Shown: positions 23,632-32,881 of the stretch, one piece after another
Numbering within the stretch: position 1 is the stretch's first letter
Layout: the number at the start of each line of letters is the position of its first letter
NCBI GenBank assembly: GCA_040387095.1
Contig: JAZKEJ010000017.1
Span: 57,922-121,921 of the forward strand
Reading direction: 5' to 3'
Source: Pseudomonadota bacterium
GTDB taxonomy: Bacteria > Pseudomonadota > Gammaproteobacteria > Burkholderiales > Methylophilaceae
Length of the DNA stretch: 64,000 nucleotides
Notes under the pieces: generated by a model
Told to the model about the DNA's origin: nothing
Database searches by the model: none
The model's input: only the letters and a program-made list of their open reading frames with translations
Made by a program: the position numbers and the translations under genes

Positions 23632-23799
23632 TCTGACATCATTGCTGGCTCAAGTGAAAAAATACAGTTCTACTGTAGAGTGAAAAATGGATATTTTGTC
23701 TTAACAAATCTTGGCTTGAACGTAGTGCACTGCCTTGTTAGCGCTGTGTTGTTTTAGAACTATATTATTTTTACCACTTTGCTTTAGAAGGTATAACAA

Positions 23800-24996
23800 A
23801 TGAAATATTTGATTTATTTAGTGATGTTTTTAATGAGTTTGCGAGTGCATGCACATGAAGAACACACTATTGCGCAAAAAAGCGTTTTGGCCATTAGCGT
23901 GACTATGGATACGCAAGGAAAATTATGGCGTGTCAGTGTAAAAGATGGTTTTGTACAGGTGGATAGCAGCACCGATTCAGGTAAAAGTTTTTCTAAACCG
24001 GTAAAAGCCAATCAAACTCCGCAGAAAATCAGCGCAGATGGCGAAGCGCGACCAAAAATTGCGATTTCCCAACAAGGCAATATTTACCTTACCTGGACAG
24101 AAATGCTCGCAAAACCATTTGCAGGTTATGTTTGGTTTGCACGGTCAATCAACAATGGTAAAAGCTTTGAAAAACCTATGGTTGTGCATAAAGACCGCGC
24201 TGAAATCACCCATCGATTTGATGCGTTGCATGTGGCACCAAATGGCGCAATCACTGTTACTTGGGTGGATAAACGCGATTTATTAGCAGCTAAGGCCGCA
24301 GGAAAAAAATACGATGGCGCAGCAATTTATTATGCCGTTTCAAACGACAAAGGACTTAGCTTTGCGCCTGAGCAAAAACTTGCTGATAATAGCTGCGAAT
24401 GTTGCCGCATTGTGACTACCAATAAACCAGATGGTACAGTGGTTGTCATGTGGAGACATGTGTTTGAAGGCAGCGAGCGCGATCATAATATTGCGGAAAT
24501 ACCCAAAGCTAATGGCAAGCCAGAGCCACATCGCGCCACCTTTGGACACTGGGTGATTGACGGTTGCCCGCACCACGGTGCTGCGCTTGCCAGCGGTGGT
24601 GAGGGCAAAGATTGGTGGGGTTATCATATGGCGTATTTTGATGGTAAAGATGCTAGCCCTGGTTTATATTACAGCCGCATGGATGGTGTTGCGTGGGCGT
24701 CATCACCAGCCAAAAAATTTGGTAATAATAAAAATCAGGCAGGGCACCCGGCGATTTTAAGTGTTGCAACTAAAACAGGCGCTGAGCATGTTTGGATTGT
24801 TTGGCGCGAGATCGAAGCCAAGAAAATTAAAATAATCGGCATGTTTTCAGATGACGGTGGCAGAAGTTGGAACGATGCAAAATTACTCGCTATTGCATCC
24901 GGTAAAGCAGATTATCCTCAGTTAATCGGTTACGATCAGCGCGTATATTTATCATGGAATACTGCAGTTCGCTACCAGCTAATCCCGCTCAATTAG
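23800..24996 (+). CDS. Exported BNR/Asp-box beta-propeller (sialidase-fold) protein with Cys/His motifs
   Basis: Asp boxes STDSGKSF, SINNGKSF, SNDKGLSF, SDDGGRSW; motifs SCECCR and GCPHHG. Confidence 0.85.
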   Translation: MKYLIYLVMFLMSLRVHAHEEHTIAQKSVLAISVTMDTQGKLWRVSVKDGFVQVDSSTDSGKSFSKPVKANQTPQKISADGEARPKIAISQQGNIYLTWTEMLAKPFAGYVWFARSINNGKSFEKPMVVHKDRAEITHRFDALHVAPNGAITVTWVDKRDLLAAKAAGKKYDGAAIYYAVSNDKGLSFAPEQKLADNSCECCRIVTTNKPDGTVVVMWRHVFEGSERDHNIAEIPKANGKPEPHRATFGHWVIDGCPHHGAALASGGEGKDWWGYHMAYFDGKDASPGLYYSRMDGVAWASSPAKKFGNNKNQAGHPAILSVATKTGAEHVWIVWREIEAKKIKIIGMFSDDGGRSWNDAKLLAIASGKADYPQLIGYDQRVYLSWNTAVRYQLIPLN

Positions 24997-25019
24997 CAAT
25001 ACACTAGCCGTTAATCATA

Positions 25020-25047
25020 TTGAAAATAGCAAAATTCGTCCCCACCT
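25020..25047 (+). promoter_or_regulatory. Sigma32 (RpoH) promoter of clpB
   Basis: TTGAAA-N14-CCCCACCT upstream of AAGGAG SD; clpB is a known RpoH regulon member. Confidence 0.75.
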
Positions 25048-25074
25048 TGGTTACAACCAATTAAGGAGACCAAT

Positions 25075-27660
25075 ATGCGTTTCGATAAATTAACTACTAA
25101 ATTTCAGCAAGCGTTAAGTGATGCGCAAAGCATCGCTGTGGGCGCTGATAATACGGCGATTGAGCCGCAACATTTGCTATTGGCTTTGTTGCAAGAAGAT
25201 AATGGCGGCGCGGCCTCATTGCTTTCGCGCGCAGGCGTTAATCTTGCGCCGCTTAAATCTCAATTAAACAGTGCTATCGCTAATCTTTCAAAATCGACTG
25301 CATCCAATGGCGAAATCTCAATTTCCCGTGATTTGAATAACCTGCTCAATGTCACCGATAAGCTCGCGCAAAAGCGTGGTGATGCTTATATTGCCAGTGA
25401 GATGTTTCTATTGGCACTGGCTGAAGATAGGGGCGAAACTGGTAAATTACTTAAACAACATGGCTTAACCAAAACTGCGCTAGAAGCTGCTGTTATGGCT
25501 GTGCGTGGTAGTGAGCATGTCAACGACCAAGAAGGTGAAAGCAATCGTGAGTCCCTGAAAAAATATACAGTCGATTTAACCGAGCGTGCCAGTTTGGGCA
25601 AATTAGACCCTGTCATCGGGCGGGATGATGAGATCCGCCGCGTGATCCAAGTGCTGATGCGTCGCACTAAAAATAACCCTGTGTTGATTGGTGAACCAGG
25701 CGTGGGTAAGACAGCGATTGTGGAAGGCTTGGCGCAGCGCATTATCAATGAAGAAGTGCCTGATTCATTAAAAGGTAAAAAGGTATTGTCACTGGATATG
25801 GCAGCTTTGTTAGCGGGTGCTAAATACCGCGGCGAGTTTGAAGAACGCTTAAAATCAGTATTAAAAGAACTTTCTCAAGATGAAGGCCAGACCATCGTGT
25901 TTATCGATGAATTGCATACCATGGTGGGCGCAGGCAAGGCTGAAGGCGCAATGGATGCGGGCAATATGCTCAAGCCTGCCTTGGCGCGCGGTGAATTGCA
26001 CTGCGTAGGGGCGACCACTTTAGATGAGTATCGCAAATATATTGAAAAAGATGCCGCTTTAGAGCGCCGCTTTCAAAAAGTGCTGGTGGATGAGCCTACC
26101 GTTGAGGCAACCATTGCGATTTTGCGCGGTTTGCAGGAAAAATATGAATTGCATCATGGTGTTGAGATCACTGACCCTGCGATTGTGGCGGCGGCTGAGT
26201 TGAGCCATCGATATATCACAGACCGCTTTTTACCGGATAAAGCCATCGATTTGATTGATGAAGCGGCTTCACGCATCAAGATGGAAATCGACTCTAAGCC
26301 CGAAGTGCTGGATAAACTTGAGCGCCGTGTCATTCAGCTCAAAATTGAGCGTGAAGCGGTGCGCCGCGAAAAAGATGAGGGCAGCCGCAAACGTTTCGAC
26401 TTGATTGAAAAGGAAATCGAAAAACTAGAAAAAGAATACGCAGACTTAGAAGATATCTGGACCTCGGAAAAAGCGCAGGTGCAAGGTACCAGCCATATCA
26501 AAGAAGCCATTGATAAAGTTAAATTCGAGATGGAAGAAGCCACGCGTAAAGGTGAATGGCAAAAAGTGTCTGAACTGCAATACGGCAAATTGCCGGCTTT
26601 AGAAGCGCAATTAAAAGAAGCTTCAAACTCGGAAGCGAACGCAACACAGACCAAAAACAGGATGTTGCGTACCGAAGTGGGCGCAGATGAAATCGCAGAA
26701 GTGGTGAGCCGGGCAACGGGAATTCCTGTCAGCAAAATGTTAACTGGCGAGCGTGAAAAATTGCTGACCATGGAAACTAAACTGCATGAAAGAGTGGTTG
26801 GCCAAGATGAAGCGGTTCGTTTGGTCTCAGATGCGATTCGCCGTTCACGCTCAGGTTTAAGCGACCCTAATCGCCCTTATGGCAGCTTCTTGTTTTTAGG
26901 CCCTACTGGTGTTGGTAAAACTGAGCTTTGCAAAGCGCTTGCAGGCTTTTTATTCGACTCGGAAGAACACCTGATTCGCATCGACATGAGTGAGTTTATG
27001 GAAAAACACAGTGTCGCGCGCATGATTGGCGCGCCGCCAGGCTATGTGGGCTATGAGGAAGGCGGCACATTGACTGAAGCGGTACGCCGCAAACCATACA
27101 GCGTGATTTTGCTGGATGAAGTGGAAAAAGCGCATCCAGATGTATTCAATGTGTTGTTACAAGTGCTGGATGATGGTCGCTTAACCGATGGCCAGGGTCG
27201 TACCGTGGACTTTAAAAATACCGTGATTATCATGACGTCTAATCTTGGCGGTCACATGATTCAAAGCATGGCAGACCAGGATTACCAAGTGGTGAAACTG
27301 GCGGTGATGGGCGAAGTAAAAACCCATTTCAGGCCTGAGTTCGTCAACCGTATTGATGAAGTGGTCGTTTTTCATAGCCTGGGTGAGGCGCAAGTGAAAT
27401 CCATTGCGCAGATTCAAATTCAGTTGCTGGCTAAGCGTTTAAGTGCAATGGACATGACGTTGAATATGAGTGATTCAGCCATTGCGGAAATTGCCAATGC
27501 AGGTTTTGATGCGGTTTATGGCGCAAGGCCGCTGAAACGCGCGATTCAAAGTGAGATTGAAAACCCATTGGCGCGTGAGATTTTGGCTGGCAGTTTTATG
27601 CCAAAAGATACGATATTTGTGGACCATAAAAGTGGAAAGATGACGTTTACAAAAGCTTAA
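25075..27660 (+). CDS. clpB: Chaperone ClpB
   Basis: MRFDKLT, two AAA modules ([16 protein letters not shown]), coiled-coil M domain, GYVG pore loop. Confidence 0.99.
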   Translation: MRFDKLTTKFQQALSDAQSIAVGADNTAIEPQHLLLALLQEDNGGAASLLSRAGVNLAPLKSQLNSAIANLSKSTASNGEISISRDLNNLLNVTDKLAQKRGDAYIASEMFLLALAEDRGETGKLLKQHGLTKTALEAAVMAVRGSEHVNDQEGESNRESLKKYTVDLTERASLGKLDPVIGRDDEIRRVIQVLMRRTKNNPVLIGEPGVGKTAIVEGLAQRIINEEVPDSLKGKKVLSLDMAALLAGAKYRGEFEERLKSVLKELSQDEGQTIVFIDELHTMVGAGKAEGAMDAGNMLKPALARGELHCVGATTLDEYRKYIEKDAALERRFQKVLVDEPTVEATIAILRGLQEKYELHHGVEITDPAIVAAAELSHRYITDRFLPDKAIDLIDEAASRIKMEIDSKPEVLDKLERRVIQLKIEREAVRREKDEGSRKRFDLIEKEIEKLEKEYADLEDIWTSEKAQVQGTSHIKEAIDKVKFEMEEATRKGEWQKVSELQYGKLPALEAQLKEASNSEANATQTKNRMLRTEVGADEIAEVVSRATGIPVSKMLTGEREKLLTMETKLHERVVGQDEAVRLVSDAIRRSRSGLSDPNRPYGSFLFLGPTGVGKTELCKALAGFLFDSEEHLIRIDMSEFMEKHSVARMIGAPPGYVGYEEGGTLTEAVRRKPYSVILLDEVEKAHPDVFNVLLQVLDDGRLTDGQGRTVDFKNTVIIMTSNLGGHMIQSMADQDYQVVKLAVMGEVKTHFRPEFVNRIDEVVVFHSLGEAQVKSIAQIQIQLLAKRLSAMDMTLNMSDSAIAEIANAGFDAVYGARPLKRAIQSEIENPLAREILAGSFMPKDTIFVDHKSGKMTFTKA

Positions 27661-27682
27661 TTTACGCGCAAGCTAAATATTG

Positions 27683-28645
27683 ATGAAAGCACCTATTGCT
27701 ACTTTTTTAGTATTAACTATATACCTAGCAATGGGCGCTGGAATCAGTTTGGCTAATGAAGCAAATCGGTTTAAAGCGACTGACCAAGAAACTTTTGATA
27801 ATGAGCCGCCTATTATTAAAACTATGCTTGAGCAAGCAAGTGTGCTTTTGGCTGATGAAGATAATACGGATGCGGCTTGGCAAGCCGCTAATTTTTACTG
27901 TGAAGCTGCGCGTTACGGCAGTGCCGAAGGTATGTATCGTTTAGGTATGCTTTATGCGTTTGGGCGTGGTGTACCAGCAAGCCGTGATTATGCAGCTAAT
28001 TTATTTGGTATTGCTTCTGCGCATGGGCATTTTGAAGCACAGAAAATGTTGGAAACAATTGAAATTAAAACCACTGATACGCCAGCTTGCGTTTTAGAGG
28101 CGGTTGCACCAGAGCGACAATTGGCGCAGCAATATGCAGATGCGCGTTTTTCCAATCAATCGACCAGTATTGATGCTTATGTTCAGAGTTTGCCTAAAAG
28201 CAAGCGTTGGGTGGTTGATTTAGTTGCAGTAATTTCAGGTTGGTATAAGGTGGATGAGCGATTGATACTCTCAATTATTGCCGCTGAATCTAACTTTAAG
28301 GCGTTAGCGCGGTCCAATAAACAGGCACAAGGCTTAATGCAGATCATTCCAGCAACGGCTGACCGATTTAATGTAAAAAATGCGTATGACGCCAGCCAAA
28401 ATATTAAAGGTGGTGTCAAATATATGCGTTGGTTGCTGTCATATTTTAGAGGGGATGTCACTCTGGCAGTGGCGGCTTACAATGCGGGTGAGGGTGCAGT
28501 AGATAAATACAAGGGTGTGCCGCCTTATAAAGAAACGCGCACTTATGTTAAAAAAGTGTTGGGATTGTATCAAGTTAAACGACACCATTTTGATGCCAGT
28601 ATTGCAAGGGCATCACCAGTTTTATTGAAAGCGAGTTCAAAATGA
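27683..28645 (+). CDS. Sel1-repeat plus SLT lytic transglycosylase
   Basis: Signal peptide; Sel1 repeat AEGMYRLGMLYAFGRGV; SLT motifs AES, GLMQ, AYNAG, PPYKETRTYV. Confidence 0.9.
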   Translation: MKAPIATFLVLTIYLAMGAGISLANEANRFKATDQETFDNEPPIIKTMLEQASVLLADEDNTDAAWQAANFYCEAARYGSAEGMYRLGMLYAFGRGVPASRDYAANLFGIASAHGHFEAQKMLETIEIKTTDTPACVLEAVAPERQLAQQYADARFSNQSTSIDAYVQSLPKSKRWVVDLVAVISGWYKVDERLILSIIAAESNFKALARSNKQAQGLMQIIPATADRFNVKNAYDASQNIKGGVKYMRWLLSYFRGDVTLAVAAYNAGEGAVDKYKGVPPYKETRTYVKKVLGLYQVKRHHFDASIARASPVLLKASSK

Positions 28646-29196
28646 AAAATTTATTTGTATTATCAAATGCGTTAGCTTTAATTTTTGCCTGTGTGCTTAT
28701 TTCTGGCTGTGCCAGCACAGGCCCGCAACAGGCAAAAATTGAAAGAATTACGCCAGAAGATTTAGCCAAGTTAATACCTCCAGCAGTTGCGACGGTGAGT
28801 TTGGATGAGATTGTCAGCGATTCTAAACAGAATAAAACGCCAGATGAAATTATTGCAAAAATCAAAGCGAGTAATTCCCGCTATGAGTTAACGCCCGCGC
28901 AGACTTTAAATTTAAACAAACAAGGTGTAGATAGTAAAGTGCTTGATTATATTCATCAAAGTAATGAATTGGCGAAGCAGAATGCGATTGCAGACGAAAT
29001 GAACAAGCGCATAGTAGAAAGAGCCGAAGCCGAAAAACTATTGAAACGTGAGCGTGATTTTGCCAGAGGCGGTTTCTATGATCCATTTTGGGGACCTAGA
29101 TATGGCGGATTTTACGGTAGTCCTTATTTCGGCTACGGCAGAGGGTTTGGTGGACGTTTCGGTTGGGGTGGATTCGGTCCCTATGGCTGGTGGTAG
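28642..29196 (+). CDS. Lipoprotein with Gly/aromatic low-complexity tail
   Basis: Lipobox LISGC; ATGA overlap with the SLT gene; tail GGFYDPFWGPRYGGFYG...GWW. Confidence 0.85.
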   Translation: MKNLFVLSNALALIFACVLISGCASTGPQQAKIERITPEDLAKLIPPAVATVSLDEIVSDSKQNKTPDEIIAKIKASNSRYELTPAQTLNLNKQGVDSKVLDYIHQSNELAKQNAIADEMNKRIVERAEAEKLLKRERDFARGGFYDPFWGPRYGGFYGSPYFGYGRGFGGRFGWGGFGPYGWW

Positions 29197-29263
29197 ATGA
29201 TTTTGCATTGCAAGCCAAACACTGTTGCGCATGCAATGCAGATAAGTTTTTGTATTGCTATAA

Positions 29264-29779
29264 TTAATCCATATTGCTTTTTATCATAGCAACCAATTGG
29301 TCCAGTGCTGTTGACCAACCTTCTTGAAACCCCATCTTTTCATGTTGTTGGCGACTTTCCCGATTAGGATGTAAGACAATAGCGGTATATTTCATACCTT
29401 TTTCATGTGCTTCTAATAAAATAATTGCCGTCATGGATAGTTCTGCACATTCATGACCAGGTGATTGTTCTGGCTGCTTGGCTGGACGAAAACCTGGTTC
29501 CAATGCATTAGTCCAGCTTAATTTTTGGTTTGGTATTACTTCTAAATAACATCCATTATTTGGAAAACGCTGACCTTCTGGCGATTGCATGGTGGTACTG
29601 AATTTTCCACCTGGACGCAAATCATTTTCGCACTCCACAGTTTTCCACGGTTGTGGGCAAAACCATTGTTTAAGTTGTTCAGGGTGCGTCCATGCTGCCC
29701 ACACTAATTCACATGGCACATCGACGATGCGCTCCAATACAAGATCTAACTCAGGATTAATTTTAAACGATGACGTCAT
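29264..29779 (-). CDS. SRPBCC (AHSA1/START-like) family protein
   Basis: [43 protein letters not shown]. Confidence 0.93.
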   Translation of the reverse strand: MTSSFKINPELDLVLERIVDVPCELVWAAWTHPEQLKQWFCPQPWKTVECENDLRPGGKFSTTMQSPEGQRFPNNGCYLEVIPNQKLSWTNALEPGFRPAKQPEQSPGHECAELSMTAIILLEAHEKGMKYTAIVLHPNRESRQQHEKMGFQEGWSTALDQLVAMIKSNMD

Positions 29780-30111
29780 TTTTCATTCTCCTTCAGATTT
29801 ATTGATAATAAGTAATTATCTAATTGATCAAGCCGTTGCTGCCAAAATTGCTGATATTGCGTTAGAAAGTCGGCAATCTCTTGCAACGGTTTGCTTCAAG
29901 TTTGCAATGCCGGGATTGTGTTTGACGAGTTTGGCTAATAAGACCTGCGTGCTACAACACTTTTATATGTTTAATCACTGCAGGTAAACTCATTTCAAAT
30001 GATGCGGCGAGTTCATTAACCCAAGTTTCACCCAGCCAGGCGCGCATTAATAGCGCGGCGAGTTGGGTCTGCCAATTCGGAAAAGATAATGCTAAATTGG
30101 ACTACTGTCAT
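29763..30111 (-). pseudogene. ArsR/SmtB-family regulator pseudogene (two frameshifts, one in-frame stop)
   Basis: Hand translation: MTVVQFSIIFSELADPTRRAINARLA /fs/ GETWVNELAASFEMSLPAVIKHIKVL*HAGLISQTRQTQSRHCKLEA /fs/ PLQEIADFLTQYQQFWQQRLDQLDNYL; upstream of and overlapping the SRPBCC gene. Confidence 0.88.
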
Positions 30112-30136
30112 TGTTAAGCTTGTGTATTTAACTAGC

Positions 30137-30162
30137 ATTAATTAACCATTTAGTTAATTAAT
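30137..30162. promoter_or_regulatory. Palindromic operator candidate for the ArsR-SRPBCC operon
   Basis: ATTAATTAAC-CATTTA-GTTAATTAAT, perfect 10-bp arms, 25 nt upstream of the ArsR start. Confidence 0.6.
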
Positions 30163-30261
30163 TTAAAGATTAAATTAAGCGTTATGCGAGGACAACTATT
30201 TTTTAAAAAAAAATAAACGAATAAGTTATGCTTATGATATTAAGCGAAAGGTTTTTTAAGC

Positions 30262-30681
30262 ATGCAGCAATTTACTCAACAAATCAGTATTCACGCCCAA
30301 GGGCGAAAGCTTTATAACATTACGCCACAAGTTTTAGATTGGGCGAACCAGCTTGGTTTTGCCACTGGCTTGCTGACCTTATATATTCAACATACGTCTG
30401 CAAGTTTATTGATTAATGAGAATTACGATTCAGATGTATTGGTTGATATGGAAGCGTTTTTTAATCGTTTAGCGCCTGATGGGGATGATTTATTCATTCA
30501 CACGGTTGAAGGCCCCGATGATATGCCGGCGCATGTGCGTAGTGCATTAACCCAAACCAGTTTGTCTATTCCGATTCTAAATAAAAAAGTTGCGCTGGGC
30601 CAATGGCAGGGCATTTTTCTGTTTGAACATCGGCATATGCCAGCCACAAGGCGCATTATTTTGCATGCATTTGGTGATTAA
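30262..30681 (+). CDS. yjbQ: YjbQ/UPF0047 family protein
   Basis: HTSASLLINEN, EGPDDMPAH, LGQWQGIFLFEHR. Confidence 0.92.
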   Translation: MQQFTQQISIHAQGRKLYNITPQVLDWANQLGFATGLLTLYIQHTSASLLINENYDSDVLVDMEAFFNRLAPDGDDLFIHTVEGPDDMPAHVRSALTQTSLSIPILNKKVALGQWQGIFLFEHRHMPATRRIILHAFGD

Positions 30682-30683
30682 TC

Positions 30684-31052
30684 TTGCGCAATAGTCGGCC
30701 ATTAACCAGACAAGAACGCGCATTATTTGCTCCTTATTTTGCACAAAATGTAATGGATGAAGCGCGTATTGTGGATGGGAAGGTGCCTTTCTGGTTGAGG
30801 CGAGATATGTGTGCCGTAGTTTTGGGAACTTATATCTATTTTCGTGCAGGGGTTTACCAGCCAAATACTAAACGTGGTGCCGAGATTCTAGGCCACGAAC
30901 TTACCCATGTTTCACAATATTTGCATGGCATGACCTTACTAAAATATATATGGTCATGCCGTTACGGCTATTACAAAAGCCCCTACGAAATAGAGGCTTA
31001 TGCAAAAGGCAGGCTGATTGCTGTAGATTTCGCAACAAATTTTGTGTGTTAA
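30684..31052 (+). CDS. DUF4157-like protein with HExxH motif
   Basis: AVVLGTYIYF, ILGHELTHVSQY, PYEIEAY; TTG start. Confidence 0.75.
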   Translation: MRNSRPLTRQERALFAPYFAQNVMDEARIVDGKVPFWLRRDMCAVVLGTYIYFRAGVYQPNTKRGAEILGHELTHVSQYLHGMTLLKYIWSCRYGYYKSPYEIEAYAKGRLIAVDFATNFVC

Positions 31053-31176
31053 CACCCTTATAATCGATTGAATGCGCTGGGATTATGACATTGTTGCTAG
31101 TTTTGTTATGATTGTGGTTGTAAGTTTAAATAAATTTTTACGTGGTTGATTTTTAATAAATTTTGGAGAGTATAAG

Positions 31177-31446
31177 ATGAAATTAAGCGCAATTTTAGTT
31201 GTTCCAGCATTATTGGGTGCATTGCTATTAACGGCTTGTGGCGAAAAAGCTGAAGAAGCAACAGAGGTCGCTCCTGCTGCTCCTACTGAAGAAATGGCTC
31301 CAGCAGAAGCAGCTCCAGCAGCTGAGCCAGCACCGGCACCGGCAGCAAGTGGCGGCGGTTATGAGCCAACAGCAGAAGAACGTGTACCTGGTATTACACT
31401 TGATGCTGCACCAGCAGAAGCAGCGCCAGAAGCTGCAGCAGAATAA
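31177..31446 (+). CDS. Small Ala/Pro/Glu-rich lipoprotein
   Basis: GGAG SD, lipobox LTAC, high-expression codons, own terminator. Confidence 0.85.
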   Translation: MKLSAILVVPALLGALLLTACGEKAEEATEVAPAAPTEEMAPAEAAPAAEPAPAPAASGGGYEPTAEERVPGITLDAAPAEAAPEAAAE

Positions 31447-31472
31447 GCTAATTAAATAGTTTAATGAGTAAT

Positions 31473-31500
31473 AAAAAAGCGTGCTTAGGCACGCTTTTTT
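31473..31500. terminator. Bidirectional intrinsic terminator
   Basis: AAAAAAGCGTGC-TTAG-GCACGCTTTTTT between convergent genes. Confidence 0.9.
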
Positions 31501-31525
31501 ATTATAGCGATAATCGCTATCACTA

Positions 31526-32791
31526 TCAGCGAGTAATGCTCCAGCTGAGCGGGTCAAATGGTTTGCTTAGACGACGTAGTTCATAATAAAGTCCGTTACT
31601 TTCATTACCGCCACTATTGCCAACAACGGCGATATTGTCTCCTGCATTTACCTCATCGCTTACTTGCTTTAATACAGCTTGATTATTGCCATACAAGCTC
31701 ATATAGCCAGCACCATGATCAATAATAATTAAATTACCAAACCCGCGTAACCAATCGGCAAAAACCACACGGCCACTGGCAACAGATTTTACGTCGCTAC
31801 CTTCTGTTGCCTTTATAAATAAACCCTTCCATGAAACACCTGTATCGCTGCGGCTACTACCAAAACGATTGGTGACATCACCTTTAACGGGTAAATTGAG
31901 TTTACCTTTTAATGCTGAAAAACTGCTGCCTGCATAGGCATTAGTTGGGATTTGCTCATTTTTTAAGACGGTTTGGCTGGTGGATTTTGTTTTGGGTGCA
32001 TTAGCTTTTTTTGCAACAGTTTTGCGCTTAACTATTTTTTTAGGGGCTTTTGCGATAATTTTGGCTAATCGTTCAACCAGCTGTGACAAATTGCGTTCAT
32101 CACGCTTAAGTTTAGTAATTTGATTGCGTTGCACGACTATTTGATTCGAAAGCGACTTCACCACTTTGCTTTTTTGCTTTTTTTGTTCTTCTAAAGTCTG
32201 TCGCTCTGCCAGTTGTTTGGCTTTCAGGTCAGCCACGGCTTGTAGTGTGGCTGCCGTTTCATTATTCAGTGCTTTTACTTTAGCAAGACTGCTTTGCATT
32301 TCGTTAATGAGTCGCGCATGTGCCTTCGCAATATATGAATAATAGGCAATATCACGAGAAATCTGGCTGGGATTTTTGTTTTGTAACAACAACTTAGTGT
32401 AGCTTTGGTTGCCGTGAACATATTGTTGCTTAACCAATATATTTAACTGTTCTTGTTGCGCATTCAGTTTTTCATTTAAATTTAATGACTGTTTCTTTAA
32501 CACAACCAATGACTTACTATTTTTATTTTGTTGTTGATTGAACTCAAATATCTTTTTATTGGCTTGACTAATGGCAATTTCAGAATCTTTAAGTGCATCA
32601 GCTGCGTCTTTGTGGGCCGCTTGTTTGCTATCCAGTTCTTTTTTTAAAGCATGGATTTTTTTTTGTAAATCACCTAAATCTTCTTTGGCGGCATCTATTT
32701 TTTTTGCAGCAAAGCTATCGCTGACAAAAGCAATATTGAGCAGCATTGTAACAGTGACTAAAAAAATTGGGACGCGCAGTGGCTTAAGCAT
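31526..32791 (-). CDS. envC: Murein hydrolase activator EnvC (coiled coil plus M23-like domain)
   Basis: Long coiled coil; WKGLFI, ADWLRGFGNLIIIDHG, YMSLYGNN; downstream of gpmI. Confidence 0.9.
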   Translation of the reverse strand: MLKPLRVPIFLVTVTMLLNIAFVSDSFAAKKIDAAKEDLGDLQKKIHALKKELDSKQAAHKDAADALKDSEIAISQANKKIFEFNQQQNKNSKSLVVLKKQSLNLNEKLNAQQEQLNILVKQQYVHGNQSYTKLLLQNKNPSQISRDIAYYSYIAKAHARLINEMQSSLAKVKALNNETAATLQAVADLKAKQLAERQTLEEQKKQKSKVVKSLSNQIVVQRNQITKLKRDERNLSQLVERLAKIIAKAPKKIVKRKTVAKKANAPKTKSTSQTVLKNEQIPTNAYAGSSFSALKGKLNLPVKGDVTNRFGSSRSDTGVSWKGLFIKATEGSDVKSVASGRVVFADWLRGFGNLIIIDHGAGYMSLYGNNQAVLKQVSDEVNAGDNIAVVGNSGGNESNGLYYELRRLSKPFDPLSWSITR

Positions 32792-32881
32792 CAAATTGAA
32801 TTAAGTTTAAAGCGGAATTGATTGTGCAAATTGCTTTTAGGTTTATACATTAATTTAAATATTGAATGACAAGATATCAAA

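Noticed and set aside
23800-24996. Calling this protein a true sialidase
   Set aside because: Asp boxes indicate only the fold; I could not identify the sialidase catalytic set, and the context points to metal handling
29589-29987. 132-aa plus-strand ORF
   Set aside because: Antisense shadow of the SRPBCC gene and the ArsR pseudogene
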